A stretch of 64,000 nucleotides of DNA, taken from the NCBI GenBank assembly GCA_038065615.1, contig JBBTQQ010000001.1, forward strand, positions 76,207-140,206. The letters run 5' to 3'. The notes beneath the pieces were generated by a model that saw only the letters and a list, made by a program, of their open reading frames with translations, was not told where the DNA came from and searched no databases. Position numbers and translations under genes: made by a program. This document shows, piece by piece, positions 47,584 to 56,841 of the stretch. The stretch is from Patescibacteria group bacterium (GTDB lineage Bacteria > Patescibacteriota > Doudnabacteria > UBA920 > VMFF01). Each line of letters starts with the position of its first letter. Positions within the stretch are counted from its first letter, which is position 1.

Positions 47584-48204
47584 CTACTTGCGAACGGCGG
47601 CGAAACGGCAGCGGCCATCCCACCTGTCCTCGAAGAAGTCGAGGTTAAGCTCGCGCCCGCCGCCCCAACCGTCGAGATACGGCACGCGGCGGTCGCCATC
47701 AGCGCTCGTCCAGAGCGAGCCGAGGCAGATGATTGGGAACTTGCGCTGCTCTTCCGGGTGCGTCTCGCCGAAGGCGAGCGATTCCGGTAGGATCGCTGCG
47801 CGAAGCCCAAGCTTGTCGAGCTCTACCAGTACGACGTCGCTTTCCATCTCCCGATCGAAATGCACCAGAACGATCTCGGTGCTGACTTCGCCCTTCCTAG
47901 TGAACGGGAAGTTCTTCTCGGTGATATTCTCGTTGACGTAGCGGTAGTTACCGGCCTTGATCATGTCAGCGAGATTGCGACCGTAGTTGATCAGCACGAG
48001 GAACGTGTTGGTCAACAGCGCGACCATCTGGTTGATCACCAGTCCGAAGCGCTCCTGCAAGTTGCCGCCGGCCTCGAATACGGCCTGCGCTTGCGGCTTG
48101 CTCATCCGCCGCAAGATTGGATCCAGAAGGCCTTTGAGTGCCCCGATCTGTTCATCGTTGGCTGGCACGACTGGGGTCTGCGACGTGATCGACGGTGTCG
48201 TCAT
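47584..48204 (-). CDS. DGR target (variable) protein, 206 aa, VR at C-terminus
   Basis: GGAGGAG SD before ATG 48204; C-terminal codons match TR; ends CRFAAVRK. Confidence 0.9.
   Translation of the reverse strand: MTTPSITSQTPVVPANDEQIGALKGLLDPILRRMSKPQAQAVFEAGGNLQERFGLVINQMVALLTNTFLVLINYGRNLADMIKAGNYRYVNENITEKNFPFTRKGEVSTEIVLVHFDREMESDVVLVELDKLGLRAAILPESLAFGETHPEEQRKFPIICLGSLWTSADGDRRVPYLDGWGGGRELNLDFFEDRWDGRCRFAAVRK
47588..47721 (-). repeat. DGR variable repeat (VR)
   Basis: 114/134 identical to TR; all 20 differences at TR adenines. Confidence 0.95.
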
Positions 48205-48409
48205 CGTCTTACTCCTCCAGAGAGTTGTTTGTTGCCATCCCTTGCGGAATGCTCTGCTCGGATGTGAGCTAAGAGCTTCAGATATAATCATTATTATAGC
48301 TAAAGCACTCTGCCCAATTTAGTTCTATATTTTGACATATTCATATACTTCTGTCAAGTGGCACGGGGCTACACTTTGTATATGATATACTACCTATGTC
48401 GCACAATAT

Positions 48410-49402
48410 ATGACAGAAACAAAAAACAAAAGCAAAGAAAAAACCCTAGAAAACTCCCTAACCAAATATATCCGGGAGTTTTTAGAGTATTGTGAAATTG
48501 AAAAAAACAGAAGCATGTTAACCATTCGTAACTATGCTCACTACCTTAATCGCTTTGCCCTGTTCTGCGCATCAGAAGGAGTTTCAAAACCAGAGCAAAT
48601 TGATTTTGAATTAGTTAGAAGATATAGGCTATACATCAACCGTTTAATCGATGAATCAGGAAAACATTTAAAGCAGATAACTCAAAACTATCATGTCATT
48701 GCTGTGCGTGCTTTCCTTAAGTACATGATGAAGCGTGATATTAAAACTCTTGCCCCAGAAAAATTAGATCTTGCAAAAACTCCAAGTCGAATGGTTGAAT
48801 TCTTAGATTACGATGAAGTACAAAGACTCTTTGAAGCAACTGATGAAGAAAAAGAAGAAATTCTAAGACTTAGAGACAATGCGATCTTACAAACCCTGTT
48901 TGCAACTGGTCTTCGTGTTTCAGAACTTTGTTCTTTAAAAAAAGACCAGATAAACTTTAAGAGAAACGAGTTCACAGTTCGAGGAAAAGGAGACAAGTTA
49001 AGACTAATATTCCTCTCTTCAGAAGCAAATGATGCTTTACAGAAATATCTAAAGAAGAGAAAAGACAATTCAAAGTTTCTTTTCATTGCACACAAACAAG
49101 TTGGTATTGCTGTTGAAAAAGAAATCGCGAGCTTTGGACAAAACGCATCTGGATTAACTCCAAGAAGTATTCAGAGGATTATTAAAAAGTATGCCCTCAT
49201 TGCTGGGATTATGAAAAAGATATCTCCACATACCTTAAGACACAGCTTTGCAACAGACCTCCTTCAGAACGGTGCTGATATTAGAAGTGTTCAAAGCATG
49301 TTAGGACACGCATCTATTACAACAACTCAAATATATACCCACATTACAAACCAACAACTTAGGGAAATACACACTAAGTTTCATAACAGAAGGAAGAAAT
49401 AG
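48410..49402 (+). CDS. XerC/XerD-family tyrosine recombinase
   Basis: TGLRVSEL, GKGDK, HTLRHSFAT, LGH, TQIYTH. Confidence 0.92.
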   Translation: MTETKNKSKEKTLENSLTKYIREFLEYCEIEKNRSMLTIRNYAHYLNRFALFCASEGVSKPEQIDFELVRRYRLYINRLIDESGKHLKQITQNYHVIAVRAFLKYMMKRDIKTLAPEKLDLAKTPSRMVEFLDYDEVQRLFEATDEEKEEILRLRDNAILQTLFATGLRVSELCSLKKDQINFKRNEFTVRGKGDKLRLIFLSSEANDALQKYLKKRKDNSKFLFIAHKQVGIAVEKEIASFGQNASGLTPRSIQRIIKKYALIAGIMKKISPHTLRHSFATDLLQNGADIRSVQSMLGHASITTTQIYTHITNQQLREIHTKFHNRRKK

Positions 49403-49429
49403 AAAAAACACCCTTTAAAGGGTGTTTTT
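49403..49429. terminator. Bidirectional terminator
   Basis: aaaaacaccctt/aagggtgttttt. Confidence 0.7.
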
Positions 49430-50117
49430 AAATTATATCTTCTTTTGTAACGTTCTTGGTCTTCCCAATAGGTAAATCACCTAACTCTAATTTGTTAATT
49501 CGTATTCTTTTTAAATTCTTTACTTTGTAACCAACCTTGTCGAACATTCTTCGAATCTGACGTTTTTTACCTTCATGAATTGTCATGTAGATTTTCCCGC
49601 TGCGAATCCTTGCTTCTGCAGGAGCTGTTGTGTAATCTTCACCGATAACTACGCCTTCTCTGATTTTTTGTAAGTCTCCATCAGAAATATCTTGGCTTAA
49701 AGTAACCTCGTATTCTTTCTCATGTTCATACTTTGGATGCGCCAGCTGTTCTGTTAAATCACCATCATTGGTAAAAAGTAAAAGTCCTTCTGTAAAGAAA
49801 TCAAGGCGACCGACTGTCCAAACTTTGCTTTGAAGTTCTTTTGGGAGAAAAGAATATACGCTTCGTCTCTTCTCCGGATCAAAACGAGAAGTAATGTATG
49901 CTTTTGGTTTGTTTAAAGCAATGTAGTAGAAGTTTTTCTCAGGTCTGATTAACTTACCTTTGTAAGTAACCTGATCTTTGTCAGGATCTACCTTGTCTCC
50001 AAGCTTTGCGATGTTGCCATTAATTCGAACTTCTCCTCTTTCAATAAAAATCTCAGAGCCTCTTCTAGAAGCTATGCCTGCATTGGATAGAAATTTTTGT
50101 AATCTTTCAATTGTCAT
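49428..50117 (-). CDS. RsuA/RluB-family rRNA pseudouridine synthase
   Basis: S4 domain RLQKFLS, GRLD, EGKKRQIRRM. Confidence 0.92.
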   Translation of the reverse strand: MTIERLQKFLSNAGIASRRGSEIFIERGEVRINGNIAKLGDKVDPDKDQVTYKGKLIRPEKNFYYIALNKPKAYITSRFDPEKRRSVYSFLPKELQSKVWTVGRLDFFTEGLLLFTNDGDLTEQLAHPKYEHEKEYEVTLSQDISDGDLQKIREGVVIGEDYTTAPAEARIRSGKIYMTIHEGKKRQIRRMFDKVGYKVKNLKRIRINKLELGDLPIGKTKNVTKEDII

Positions 50118-50120
50118 AAT

Positions 50121-51002
50121 TTACCACCTTCCACTTGAACCACCACCACCTGAAAATCCTCCACCAAACCCACCGAACCCACCACCAGATCCGCCTGATC
50201 TTCCTCCACCAATCCACCAAGGAAAAACTCCTGTTTTCTTCCCCTTTTCGTAATTCTTAGAAACGATGTAATCAAAAAGTAAACCAATTGGAGTAAAGAG
50301 TAAAACCATTACTAATGAATATACCCAAGTTCCTAAGAACAGCCCAAAAAGTCCACCACAGAGGGCTCCAACAATACCACCTGCCCACCATGATTTAGAT
50401 CTTGCGAAAACACTTGAAAGAAAAGAGAAGACAAAAAAGAAAAGAAAAAAGAAAAAGTTAAAGTTAATATTAACCTTTGGTTTTGATACTGGGATATCAA
50501 CCTGTTCGCCCGAAAGCTTCTGAATGATTAAGTCTGTCGCTGTATTAACTCCACCGTAGTAATCGCTCTTTTGGAAAGCTGGTGTTAAGACATTTCGTAT
50601 GATAGAAGCGGATTCAGCGTCAGTTAAATCACCTTCCAAACCATACCCTATCTCTATCCTCATCTCCCTATCTTCAAGCGCAATTAACAACAACAAACCA
50701 TTGTTCTTGTCTTTTTTTCCAATACCAAAATCTTTGAAAAGCTTTACTGCATAATTTTCAATATAGTCTCCACCAAGATTTTTAACTGTTACAACAGAGA
50801 CTTCATTAGTGCTTTGTTGTTCATACGCAGAAAGTTTCGTCTCTAGACTTTGTTTTTGTTCAGCTGTGAATATTCCCGCAAAGTCATTAACAAAGCCGGA
50901 TGGATTACCCGGCTTTGTGTACGCTAAAGTTTGAGACGCTGTTAATAGAAGAACCGTGCCTAAAAGCGTTACAATGAAATTTTTTCTGCTATCAGTGAAC
51001 AT
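50121..51002 (-). CDS. TPM domain membrane protein (YgcG-like)
   Basis: VNDFAG, RIEIGYGLEG, Gly-rich tail GGGSSGRW. Confidence 0.9.
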   Translation of the reverse strand: MFTDSRKNFIVTLLGTVLLLTASQTLAYTKPGNPSGFVNDFAGIFTAEQKQSLETKLSAYEQQSTNEVSVVTVKNLGGDYIENYAVKLFKDFGIGKKDKNNGLLLLIALEDREMRIEIGYGLEGDLTDAESASIIRNVLTPAFQKSDYYGGVNTATDLIIQKLSGEQVDIPVSKPKVNINFNFFFFLFFFVFSFLSSVFARSKSWWAGGIVGALCGGLFGLFLGTWVYSLVMVLLFTPIGLLFDYIVSKNYEKGKKTGVFPWWIGGGRSGGSGGGFGGFGGGFSGGGGSSGRW

Positions 51003-51553
51003 TAAAAGTTAACTTCAGGAGTTTTTTCTGCTCCTGCTTCTGCTTTAAACAATGTTCTTTCTTGAAAACCAAAAGTCTTTGCAATTATGTTTGAAGGAAA
51101 TGTTCTAACCGCGATGTTTATCTGGGTTACATTGTCATTGTATCTTCCTCGTTCAACTGCAACTCTGTTTTCAGTTCCAGCAAGCTCAGCGCTTAAATCC
51201 TGGTACAAAGGAACTGTTGAAATTGCAGGATTTGCTTCAATCACAGCAATTAAACGACCAAGGCTTGTTTCTAAATTGCTTGCAGCAGATGCTTTAGCAT
51301 CAACTGTAGATGCAGCTGCAAAAGCTGTTCTGGCATCTGTTACTTCTTTTGCAAAAGCAAGTTCTTGTTTGCTACCTCCCTTTACCGTGTTAACAAGGTT
51401 TGGGATTAAGCTTAAACGTCTCTGGTATTGGTTTTCTACCTGAGCCCATTGGTTATCCACTGCTTTATTCGCCCTTACAAGGTTGTTAAAAGAAAGAACA
51501 CCCCAAAGAGCTACTAAAACCAGTAATAATATGAACAAATTGAGTTTTTTCAT
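51002..51553 (-). CDS. lemA: LemA family protein
   Basis: QYQRRLSLIPNLV, TENRVAVER, FPSNIIA. Confidence 0.92.
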   Translation of the reverse strand: MKKLNLFILLLVLVALWGVLSFNNLVRANKAVDNQWAQVENQYQRRLSLIPNLVNTVKGGSKQELAFAKEVTDARTAFAAASTVDAKASAASNLETSLGRLIAVIEANPAISTVPLYQDLSAELAGTENRVAVERGRYNDNVTQINIAVRTFPSNIIAKTFGFQERTLFKAEAGAEKTPEVNF

Positions 51554-51717
51554 GGTTTCCTTTTCTTTCGGCTTTAAACTTTAGAATTAATTTATGCCGT
51601 TTATACTATCATTATACTGACTTTTAGAATAAAGGGGAAGAAAGCATTTGCACAGGAATATTCTTTGTGCTCTAATAATTATATATTTTGGAAACAAATA
51701 TTTAGGATACACAAAAA

Positions 51718-52389
51718 ATGAAGATTTTAATTGTAGAAGATGAAGTCAGATTAAGCGATGTTTTGAAAAAGAACTTGGAGACAGAGTACTTCATAGTTGA
51801 TGTTGCTAATGATGGAGACATTGGCGCAAAAATGGGTTTGGAGCATGATTATGATTTGATTGTTCTGGATCAGATGCTGCCCGGCAAAACTGGAATGGAA
51901 ATCTGCAAACTACTGCGCGAGTCCGGAAAAACAATGCCGATTATAATTCTCTCTGTTAAATCAGAAACCACGACTAAGATCGAACTATTAAATGCAGGAG
52001 CTGATGACTATTTAATAAAGCCATTTTCATTTGAAGAATTGGTTGCAAGAATCAGGGCGCTGATGCGCAGACCACAAAGTATTCAGGAAGAAATCTACAA
52101 AGTTGATGATTTAACTCTTGATACAAAAAGACAAACAGTAAAACGCGGCGACAAAGACATATACTTAACAAGGAAAGAATTCATGCTTTTAGAATATCTT
52201 TTAAAAAACAGAGATATTGTTCTTTCAAGAGCCATGATTATGGAACATGTTTGGGATATGTATGCTGACCCTTTTTCTAACACCATTGAATCTCACATTT
52301 TAAGCCTGAGGAAGAAAATTGATCTCCCAAACAAACAAAAGCTTATACAAACAGTGCCTGGCAGAGGGTACAAACTTAGTTTTGTGTAA
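51718..52389 (+). CDS. OmpR-family response regulator
   Basis: VEDE, LDQMLP, GADDYLIKPF, LTRKEF, TVPGRGY. Confidence 0.95.
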   Translation: MKILIVEDEVRLSDVLKKNLETEYFIVDVANDGDIGAKMGLEHDYDLIVLDQMLPGKTGMEICKLLRESGKTMPIIILSVKSETTTKIELLNAGADDYLIKPFSFEELVARIRALMRRPQSIQEEIYKVDDLTLDTKRQTVKRGDKDIYLTRKEFMLLEYLLKNRDIVLSRAMIMEHVWDMYADPFSNTIESHILSLRKKIDLPNKQKLIQTVPGRGYKLSFV

Positions 52390-52538
52390 TTAAAAGCCTT
52401 AAACAAGACTTTTTTAAACTCCTCATATATATTTTATATATTCTTTAGCTAAACTTCAGCATCTTTTAGCTATTTTTTTATTACTAACCAACTAACGAAA
52501 CAAAACGGCAATCAAAAAAACTATAAGGAGGAACAAGG

Positions 52539-53390
52539 ATGACAAGCACAGTGAGAGCTTTTCGGAACTGGAGTGCAAGGCGGCTAGAATTAAATCCAAA
52601 CCCGTATCTTTCGGGGAATTTCAAACCCGAAGAATACCTAAGGACTTACTACCCTGCCTTGCCTGAGTCATCTATTTTTAGGCATGCGGAAACGCTCCAG
52701 AACGTATCTGAAGAAAACCTGACACTCTTACGCTTCTACGCTGATGCGCAAGTGCAGCTACAGCCCACAAGAGATTGGTTGTGGATGCTTGAGGTTGGAG
52801 GCGGTCCCACGATCTATCAACTGATCAGCCTTTCGAGATTAGTTGATAAGATTTGCTTTACTGACTTTCTCATACCGAATCTAGATTCGGTCGAGAATTG
52901 GATCAGAACCGGACATGACACGCGCTGGCTTTCCTACATCAGAGCAGCGCTACAATACGAACAAGGGAAAGCCCCAACAAACATGGAGGTCTTGCTCAGA
53001 GAACGAGAACTGAAGCGAAAAATGTCTCTGGTTAGATATGATGTGCTAAGAGACCGCTTTTTCGCGACAGCGCCAAAAGAGTATGATCTGGTCAGCTCAA
53101 ACTTCTGCATTGAGTGTATCAGTCAAAGCAAGGTTGTCTGGCTACAAGCGCTCCGAAACATTAGCAAGAGAATTGCAGAAGGAGGCTGTTTGGTCATGAC
53201 TGCTCTGCGTATGGCGAGCACCTACAACATCCATGGTCGGATTCTTCCTGCTACTCCGATTGACGAAACAGATGTTTGGAAAGCACTTCGTGATCTTGAT
53301 TTTTCAAATATCAAGATCAGTTCCCGCGACTGTCTCGGAAAAAACGAATACAACGGCATGATCTATGTCATGGCTCGAAAAGACTCCTAG
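52539..53390 (+). CDS. NNMT/PNMT/TEMT-family SAM-dependent N-methyltransferase
   Basis: FKPEEYLRTYY, LEVGGGPTIYQLIS, FTDF, SNFCIE; TAAGGAGG SD. Confidence 0.85.
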   Translation: MTSTVRAFRNWSARRLELNPNPYLSGNFKPEEYLRTYYPALPESSIFRHAETLQNVSEENLTLLRFYADAQVQLQPTRDWLWMLEVGGGPTIYQLISLSRLVDKICFTDFLIPNLDSVENWIRTGHDTRWLSYIRAALQYEQGKAPTNMEVLLRERELKRKMSLVRYDVLRDRFFATAPKEYDLVSSNFCIECISQSKVVWLQALRNISKRIAEGGCLVMTALRMASTYNIHGRILPATPIDETDVWKALRDLDFSNIKISSRDCLGKNEYNGMIYVMARKDS

Positions 53391-53398
53391 GGGGCTCT

Positions 53399-54028
53399 AT
53401 GACAACATTCAAGGTTCGGAACGCTAGGACTTGTGACTACGAGGAATTTGCTGATGCCGAACGCATCGCATGGACTGGAAGCGAGGTTCCAATCATCAAC
53501 AGAGAACAATTCCTAACATGGCTCGAGATTTTCCCGGAAGGACTGCTCGTAGTCGAAACAGGCGGCAAAGTATGTGGGCATCATTTCTCTCAGATACGGG
53601 AGTTTGACGTATGCGACTACAAAGACAATCGTAGCTGGGACGAACTAACAGAAGATGGATTTTGCCGAACAACCCACGACCCGAAGGGAAATGTTCTCTA
53701 CGGAGTCAGTGTCTCAGCATCAATCCGAGGCGCAGGCAGATTTGTTTTTGAAGCAGCAGTGAAACAAATACACTCACTGCATTTACCAAGGTATGTTGGA
53801 GCTTGCAGAATACCTGGACTAACGACGTACGCCGAAAACAAAGGTATGAGCTCTGACAAAGTTGTTTCTGAGTATGTCTCAAATGTTCTCTTGGGGAAAC
53901 TCAAGGACAAGACCCTCTCTGCTCTGCTGACAGTCGACGGAGTTCGTTTCGTGCGCCTGGTTCCAGGATACTTCACTGATGCCCAGAGCAATAACTGGGC
54001 ATGCCTCATTTGTTATGAGGCAGATTGA
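53399..54028 (+). CDS. GNAT-family acyltransferase-like protein
   Basis: IFPEG, THDPKGNVLYGVSVS, RGAGR, RIPG, YFTD. Confidence 0.75.
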   Translation: MTTFKVRNARTCDYEEFADAERIAWTGSEVPIINREQFLTWLEIFPEGLLVVETGGKVCGHHFSQIREFDVCDYKDNRSWDELTEDGFCRTTHDPKGNVLYGVSVSASIRGAGRFVFEAAVKQIHSLHLPRYVGACRIPGLTTYAENKGMSSDKVVSEYVSNVLLGKLKDKTLSALLTVDGVRFVRLVPGYFTDAQSNNWACLICYEAD

Positions 54029-54055
54029 TTCATCTAGATCTTCGGAACCAACTTG

Positions 54056-54088
54056 GAGGGCGCTTGATACAAAGCGCCCCTCCTTTTT
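54056..54088 (+). terminator. Intrinsic terminator after GNAT gene
   Basis: ggagggcgctt...aagcgcccctcc plus T-run. Confidence 0.7.
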
Positions 54089-54134
54089 AAGTACATAGTT
54101 TTTGTATATACTATAAATACTTTTTAGAGGGACT

Positions 54135-56228
54135 ATGGATTACAGATATCTCATTGAAATCTTTGCGGCACTAATCGGCATCTTCTGCGTAGGTCTAAGT
54201 TTTATCATGCTGATGCACTGGCGCGGTAAAAAAGACGTCGGCTATTTTTCTTTCAGTATTTTAAGCGCAGGGCTGTGGATTCTTTCTGTATATTTTGCTG
54301 ATATTTCCACTGATTTACCAGGGCTTGTTTTCTGGACAAAGCTTGCTTCAATCTGCGCTTTGTTTTATGTTTTCTTTTTCGTTATTTTCGGATATTCGTT
54401 CAGACATCCAGGAAAAAATTGGAAAATATATCTTGCACTAATTCTCCCTATTCTTGCAAATACAATATATCTATACAGATTTCCATTAAACGAAGTGTAT
54501 GTTTCTGACCCGTTTATTGGTTTTAGTTATGACCATCCTGTTGGAGGAATTTTAAGCGGAAACTTTTCTTTATACCTACTCCTCTTCCTCATATATTACA
54601 TGATTGGTTATGTTATTTTGCTGTGGAAGTACGGAACACTTCCTCTTAGAACAAGACTTCAAATTAAATACATCTTAATTGGCACAACTATTTCAATTAT
54701 CGCTGCTGCACTTTTTGATATCCTTTTACCACTTCAAGGCATTGACTATCTATATGCTTTAGGGCCTGCTTGTACTGCTCTTTTAATCTTAAGCACTGCA
54801 TATGCAATAGCGAAACATAATCTTTTAGAGATTAAAGTAGTCATTCAGCGAGGAGTAATCTACTCTCTTTTGATCGCTCTTGTTGTTGGCTTCTATCTCC
54901 TTCTTCTGTTTATACTTCGTTCCGTATACTTTGAACCAACAGGAAAAACCGCAAGCCTTGTTAGCGCGATTATTACCACCTTACTAGGTATCTTTGGTGC
55001 TCCTTTGTTAGAAAGAATTTTAAGGAAAATAACTGACAAGGTGTTTTTCAAAGAACGCTATGACTATTCCAAAGCAGTGCAAGAGTTAGTTAGAATATTA
55101 AACGAAGAAATAGAGTTTGAAGCACTAGTTAATGAAAGTAAAAATACTCTTCAGAAAATACTTAAAACTAAAACAATTCATTTTCTTTTTCTAAAATCAA
55201 ATCCTGATTCAGCCCTATCCGAACATACCCAAAAAAATGGACTATTAAGCTCAGAACACATCCAGGGCATTAGAGGAATACTTCTAGTAGATGAATTAAG
55301 TAATGAAATTCTAATATCTGGCGCTAAATATTACGATACAGAACTAATTGTTCCGCTTTTAGCAGCCCAAAAGGTGATTGGTCTTGCTTTTGTTCCAAAG
55401 AAACTTTCAGGCGAACAATATTCTAATCAAGACATTGACCTATTAAATGTTTTCTCATTACAAGCTGGGGTCTCTTTGGAAAAAGCAAGATTACTCTGGG
55501 AGGTTCAAAGATATTCTAATGAACTGGAACAGCGTGTTGAAGAAAGAACCCATAGGATTCAACAGCTTCAGCAAGAACAAAAAAACTTTATGAATGATAT
55601 TTCACATTCTCTACAAACTCCATTAACTGTCATTAAAGGAGAGCTTGATTTCCTTAAGATGCGCTCTAAACCAATAAAAGAGTTGGGGAAGTTTGAGAAA
55701 TCAGTTGATGAAATATCTCGTCTAATCTACAACCTCCTTAAACTAGCAAAGATTGAAATGCAGGATATGGGCGCTAAAAAAGAACGGATCAACTTAAGCG
55801 TTCTCCTTGAAGATATAATCGAGTACCTGGATGTGCTTTGTAAAACAAATGATATCAAGATCGTAAAAAATATTCAGTCTGATGTTTTTGTTTTAGGTAA
55901 CGCTGAATCTTTAGAAACACTGATTACTAATCTAACAAGCAATGCAATAAAGTACATAGCGAACAAGAAAATAATTACGATCACGCTTCAAAAAACTGAC
56001 CATGTTGTGCTATCTATTAAAGACACTGGTATTGGTATAGAAAAAGAAGATTTAAAATATATTTTCAACCGTTTCTACAGAGTCGGCACTTCTAAATCAG
56101 AAGTTTCCGGAACAGGATTGGGTTTGGCAATCTGCAAAAAAATAGCCCAGAACCACGGCGGAGACATTTCTGTAGAAAGCATTCCAAAACAAGGAACAAC
56201 TTTTACAGTTAGGTTCCCTTTAATTTAA
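54135..56228 (+). CDS. Membrane sensor histidine kinase (multi-TM, GAF-like, HisKA, HATPase)
   Basis: SHSLQTPL H-box, NAIKY, DTGIGI, GTGLGL. Confidence 0.93.
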   Translation: MDYRYLIEIFAALIGIFCVGLSFIMLMHWRGKKDVGYFSFSILSAGLWILSVYFADISTDLPGLVFWTKLASICALFYVFFFVIFGYSFRHPGKNWKIYLALILPILANTIYLYRFPLNEVYVSDPFIGFSYDHPVGGILSGNFSLYLLLFLIYYMIGYVILLWKYGTLPLRTRLQIKYILIGTTISIIAAALFDILLPLQGIDYLYALGPACTALLILSTAYAIAKHNLLEIKVVIQRGVIYSLLIALVVGFYLLLLFILRSVYFEPTGKTASLVSAIITTLLGIFGAPLLERILRKITDKVFFKERYDYSKAVQELVRILNEEIEFEALVNESKNTLQKILKTKTIHFLFLKSNPDSALSEHTQKNGLLSSEHIQGIRGILLVDELSNEILISGAKYYDTELIVPLLAAQKVIGLAFVPKKLSGEQYSNQDIDLLNVFSLQAGVSLEKARLLWEVQRYSNELEQRVEERTHRIQQLQQEQKNFMNDISHSLQTPLTVIKGELDFLKMRSKPIKELGKFEKSVDEISRLIYNLLKLAKIEMQDMGAKKERINLSVLLEDIIEYLDVLCKTNDIKIVKNIQSDVFVLGNAESLETLITNLTSNAIKYIANKKIITITLQKTDHVVLSIKDTGIGIEKEDLKYIFNRFYRVGTSKSEVSGTGLGLAICKKIAQNHGGDISVESIPKQGTTFTVRFPLI

Positions 56229-56317
56229 TAGATAAAAAAGGAAAAGCACAGTGAACTTGCTACCAGTATATATACAAAAAACGCTTTTGTTTTAAAGCGT
56301 TTTTAAAATATCCTTAA

Positions 56318-56824
56318 TTAATCTGCTAACTTTTCTGGTGAGTTATTTATATTTGCTTTAATGAAGCTTAATATTTCTTCTTGATTAAAGCTATCTAATT
56401 TTTGTAGTCTACCCCAAGAAGCAAGTGCGATCTTAGAATCATTGTTAGCTCTAGGAGTAACGACAACAGAACCTGGATTTTGACGTCCTATTATTTCTAA
56501 CTCACTCTTAGTTTGCTCATCGATGTCTTTGTAAGAAATCCAGATTCCGCCATGTTCCAAGTTATGAATCAGCTGCTCATCTGGTAACGGGTTTTCATAA
56601 ACACCCCAATTTGCTTGTTGAGCATAATGCGGTCCAGATGTAGGTGGATTAGAATTATACGGTTCGTGAGTTGCTCCAACATCAATGTGGGTAGCTGACT
56701 GCAAGTCAACAAGTTCTCCTTTTAAAATAGAATCTTGTGCTGGAGTCTTGTCATTCTTAATTAACCAAATTCCAAGACCAACAAACAATATCAATGTAAT
56801 CAAAACAGTTGTAACGGTTTTCAT
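56318..56824 (-). CDS. DUF3105-like membrane-anchored protein
   Basis: YNSNPPTSGPH, HNLEHGGIWISY. Confidence 0.8.
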   Translation of the reverse strand: MKTVTTVLITLILFVGLGIWLIKNDKTPAQDSILKGELVDLQSATHIDVGATHEPYNSNPPTSGPHYAQQANWGVYENPLPDEQLIHNLEHGGIWISYKDIDEQTKSELEIIGRQNPGSVVVTPRANNDSKIALASWGRLQKLDSFNQEEILSFIKANINNSPEKLAD

Positions 56825-56841
56825 ATATTTTTAAGCTTTAA

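Larger units (their letters stand above)
45698..48204. mobile_element. Diversity-generating retroelement cassette (target-TR-avd-RT)
   Basis: RT, Avd-like ORF and TR/VR pair with adenine-specific differences. Confidence 0.96.

Noticed and set aside
48332-48357. TTGACA...TGTCAA inverted repeat between the DGR target and xer
   Set aside because: Neither hexamer has a convincing -10 box at 16-18 nt; may be an operator but is unsupported.
48410-49402. Tyrosine recombinase as the integrase that mobilised the DGR
   Set aside because: Looks like a housekeeping Xer with host-like composition; no att or dif-like repeats were found flanking the DGR.
56229-56317. Attachment site for the copper island (duplicate of the tRNA-Arg 3' end)
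   Set aside because: Only a terminator hairpin is present; no duplicate was seen here or in the other nearby intergenic regions.
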